From Macrostomum lignano (taxonomy: Eukaryota): a stretch of 64,000 nt of DNA. The position numbers were made by a program, and so were the translations under genes. Under the pieces are notes generated by a model. The model did no database searches. It was not told where the DNA came from and saw only the letters and a list, made by a program, of their open reading frames with translations. Shown here piece by piece: positions 61,401 to 64,000 of the stretch. The stretch spans positions 1 to 64,000 of the forward strand of contig NIVC01003047.1 in NCBI GenBank assembly GCA_002269645.1. The letters are read 5' to 3'. Each line of letters opens with the position of its first letter. Positions within the stretch are counted from its first letter, which is position 1.

Positions 61401-63668
61401 CCTGTAAATACAGAAAACAGCAAACCTGTAGCCTGTAGATACAGTAAACAGCAAACCTGTAGCCTGTAGATACAGTAAACAGCAAACCTGTAGCCTGTAG
61501 ATACAGTAAACAGCAAACCTGTAGCCTGTAGATACAGAAAACAGCAAACCTGTAGCCTGTAGATACAGTAAACAGCAAACCTGTAGCCTGTAAATACAGA
61601 AAACAGCAAGCCTGTAGCCTGTAGATACAGAAAACAGCAAACCTGTAGCCTGTAAATACAGAAAACAGCAAACCTGTAGCCTGTAAATACAGAAAACAGC
61701 AAACCTGTAGCCTGTAGATACAGAAAACAGCAAATCTGTAGCCTGTAAATACAGAAAACAGCAAACCTGTAGCCTGTAGATACAGAAAACAGCAAATCTG
61801 TAGCCTGTAGATACAAAAATCAGCAAACCTGTAGCCTGTAGATACAGAAAACAGCAAATCCGTAGCCTGTAGATACAGAAAACAGCAAACCTGTAGCCTG
61901 TAAATACAGAAAACAGCAAACCTGTAGCCTGTAAATACAGAAAACAGCAAACCTGTAGCCTGTAAATACAGAAAACAGCAAACCTGTAGCCTGTAGATAC
62001 AGAAAACAGCAAACCTGTAGCCTGTAAATACAGAAAACAGCAAACCTGTAGCCTGTAAATACAGAAAACAGCAAACCTGTAGCCTGTAGATACAGAAAAC
62101 AGCAAATCTGTAGCCTGTAGATACAGTAAACAGCAAACCTGTAGCCTGTAGATACAGAAAACAGCAAACCTGTAGCCTGTAAATACAGAAAACAGCAAAC
62201 CTGTAGCCTGTAAATACAGAAAACAGCAAACCTGTAGCCTGTAGATACAGAAAACAGCAAATCTGTAGCCTGTAAATACAGAAAACAGCAAACCTGTAGC
62301 CTGTAGATACAGAAAACAGCAAATCTGTAGCCTGTAGATACAAAAATCAGCAAACCTGTAGCCTGTAGATACAGAAAACAGCAAATCCGTAGCCTGTAGA
62401 TACAGAAAACAGCAAACCTGTAGCCTGTAAATACAGAAAACAGCAAACCTGTAGCCTGTAAATACAGAAAACAGCAAACCTGTAGCCTGTAGATACAGAA
62501 AACAGCAAATCTGTAGCCTGTAGATACAGAAAACAGCAAAACCTGTAGCCTGTAGATACAGAAAACAGCAAATCCGTAGCCTGTAGATACAGAAAACAGC
62601 GAAACCTGTAGCCTGTAGATACAGAAAACAGCAAAACCTGTAGCCTGTAGATACAGAAAACAGCAAATCCGTAGCCTGTAGATACAGAAAACAGCAAAAC
62701 CTGTAGCCTTTAGAAAACAGCAAAACCTGTAGCCTTTAGAAAACAGCAAAACCTTGTTGCTAGGGAAGTTCTTGGTGCTGCACAAGGCCAGCCGGGAGTG
62801 CCTGGACAAGCAGGCAGTGGAGACGGTCTGCCGCACCCTGGAGGAGATGGTCAGCGACTCCATGAAGGGCCTGTCCAGCAGGGAGATCTGGGCCTACGAG
62901 GTTGTGCATCTGCAGAAGCTGCGCGAACTCGGATACAAGTGAGCCAATCTCCATCTGGATTATGAAGCTGCCTAATGCTGACTCTTGCATACCGTCCTCA
63001 CCCTCCGTCACCCTCTCACCCTCCGTCACCCTCTCACCCTCCGTCACCCTCTCACCCTCCGTCACCCTCTCACCCTCCGTCACCCTCTCACCCTCCGTCA
63101 CCCTCTCACCCTCCGTCACCCTCTCACCCTTCGTCACCCTCTCACCCTCCGTCACCCTCCGTCACCCTCTCACCCTCCGTCACCCTCTCACCCTTCGTCA
63201 CCCTCTCACCCTCCGTCACCCTCCGTCACCCTCTCACCCTCCGTCACCCTCTCACCCTCCGTCACCCTCCGTCACCCTCTCACCCTCCGTCACCCTCTCA
63301 CCCTCCGTCACCCTCTCACCCTCCGTCACCCTCTCACCCTCCGTCACCCTCTCACCCTCTCACCCTCCGTCACCCTCTCATTCTCTGTCACCCTCCGTTA
63401 CCTCCGTCGCCCCCGCAGGCTGCTGGAGTTCCTGGACGATTTGAAACGCGACACGCGCGACTCGCACAACCTGGCGCCCACGCAGGTGCTGACGGACGTC
63501 GCCATGACGCTGGTGCTGGAACGCGAGGTCCGCTGCCTCACCAACCGTGACAAGGAAGTGCCGGTGCACGCCTTCTCGGCATTCAGCCAGAGCGTCGCCG
63601 ACCAGGTTGACAACAAAGCTATCGAGGGCATGCACGACCTGCTTGAGCACACCAGGATGGCCGCCTGA
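58485..63668 (+). CDS. Uncharacterised protein, 3' exons only; 5' end and a linking exon unresolved
   Basis: Coding-like exons with canonical splice sites: 58485-58682, 62764-62938, 63419-63668 (stop). The first two need an intervening phase 0-to-1 exon; candidates are 59012-59048 or ~60410-60512. No family recognised. Confidence 0.65.
58683..58950. repeat. 13-bp G-rich repeat (AGGGATGGGGTAT) starting at the 5' splice site
   Basis: Read directly. Confidence 0.9.
59645..60372. repeat. 16-bp minisatellite (TCATCTCATTTCCTCA / TCATCTCATCGCCTCA)
   Basis: Read directly. Confidence 0.95.
60602..62750. repeat. 31-bp minisatellite (CAGAAAACAGCAAACCTGTAGCCTGTAGATA), ~2.1 kb, very homogeneous
   Basis: Period 31 measured at 60602/60633; the long minus-strand ORFs here are artefacts. 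Confidence 0.95.
62995..63405. repeat. 18-bp (2 x 9) repeat CCCTCCGTCACCCTCTCA running into the 3' splice site
   Basis: Read directly. Confidence 0.95.
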
Positions 63669-63750
63669 GCAGCCCAAGCCGCCAAAACATGAGTCAAACA
63701 TTGACTGACAGTCTGATGGAGAGAATGAGGCTGGAGTGCTCATCGAATTA

Positions 63751-64000
63751 GACCCTCTACAGATGCTTACAGACCCTCTACAGATGCTTACAGACCCTCT
63801 ACAGATGCTTACAGACCCTCTACAGATGCTTACAGACCCTCTACAGATGCTTACAGACCCTCTACAGATGCTTACAGACCCTCTACAGATGCTTACAGAC
63901 CCTCTACAGATGCTTACAGACCCTCTACAGATGCTTACAGACCCTCTACAGATGCTTACAGACCCTCTACAGATGCTTACAGACCCTCTACAGATGCTTA
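63751..64000. repeat. 21-bp perfect tandem repeat (GACCCTCTACAGATGCTTACA), continues past the window end
   Basis: Read directly. Confidence 0.95.

Noticed and set aside
60550-62863. Long ORFs (up to 710 aa) over tandem arrays, also at 4641-6050, 21149-21640, 22414-22920, 50298-51545, 55948-56880, 59274-60434, 62902-63550
   Set aside because: Stop-free because the repeat unit lacks stops; open in several frames; lie in introns or intergenic DNA.
1-64000. tRNA, rRNA, snRNA, spliced-leader RNA or hammerhead ribozyme genes
   Set aside because: None recognised by eye; the CTGATGA hits lack the GAAA core and stems. A covariance-model scan (Infernal/tRNAscan-SE) is needed to exclude them properly.

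Overview
Eukaryotic (metazoan) genomic DNA with GC-rich spliced exons and minisatellite-filled introns. The overall character resembles a free-living flatworm such as Macrostomum, but that is inference only. Left to right: the 3' half of a Ty3/Gypsy LTR retrotransposon with PPT and 3' LTR; satellite arrays; a 5-exon DEG/ENaC channel (minus strand, three 1-nt frameshifts, probably assembly errors); a C2orf50/CIMIP5 homolog; foldback/MITE elements; a small secreted prepropeptide-like ORF with an in-frame TAG; a GPI-anchored Ly6/uPAR gene; an intact 11-exon, ~1978-aa DUF4062-NACHT-beta-propeller protein ending in a Dpy-30 motif (minus); head-to-head with it, a ~1173-aa protein of 33-aa helical repeats, ankyrin repeats and a Mab-21/cGAS-like nucleotidyltransferase with intact catalytic residues (plus); an intact TMEM181; and a partly resolved unknown gene. 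The best candidate for an undescribed system is the divergent NACHT / ankyrin-cGLR pair. All gene models were built by hand from reading frames and splice sites; no database searches were run.
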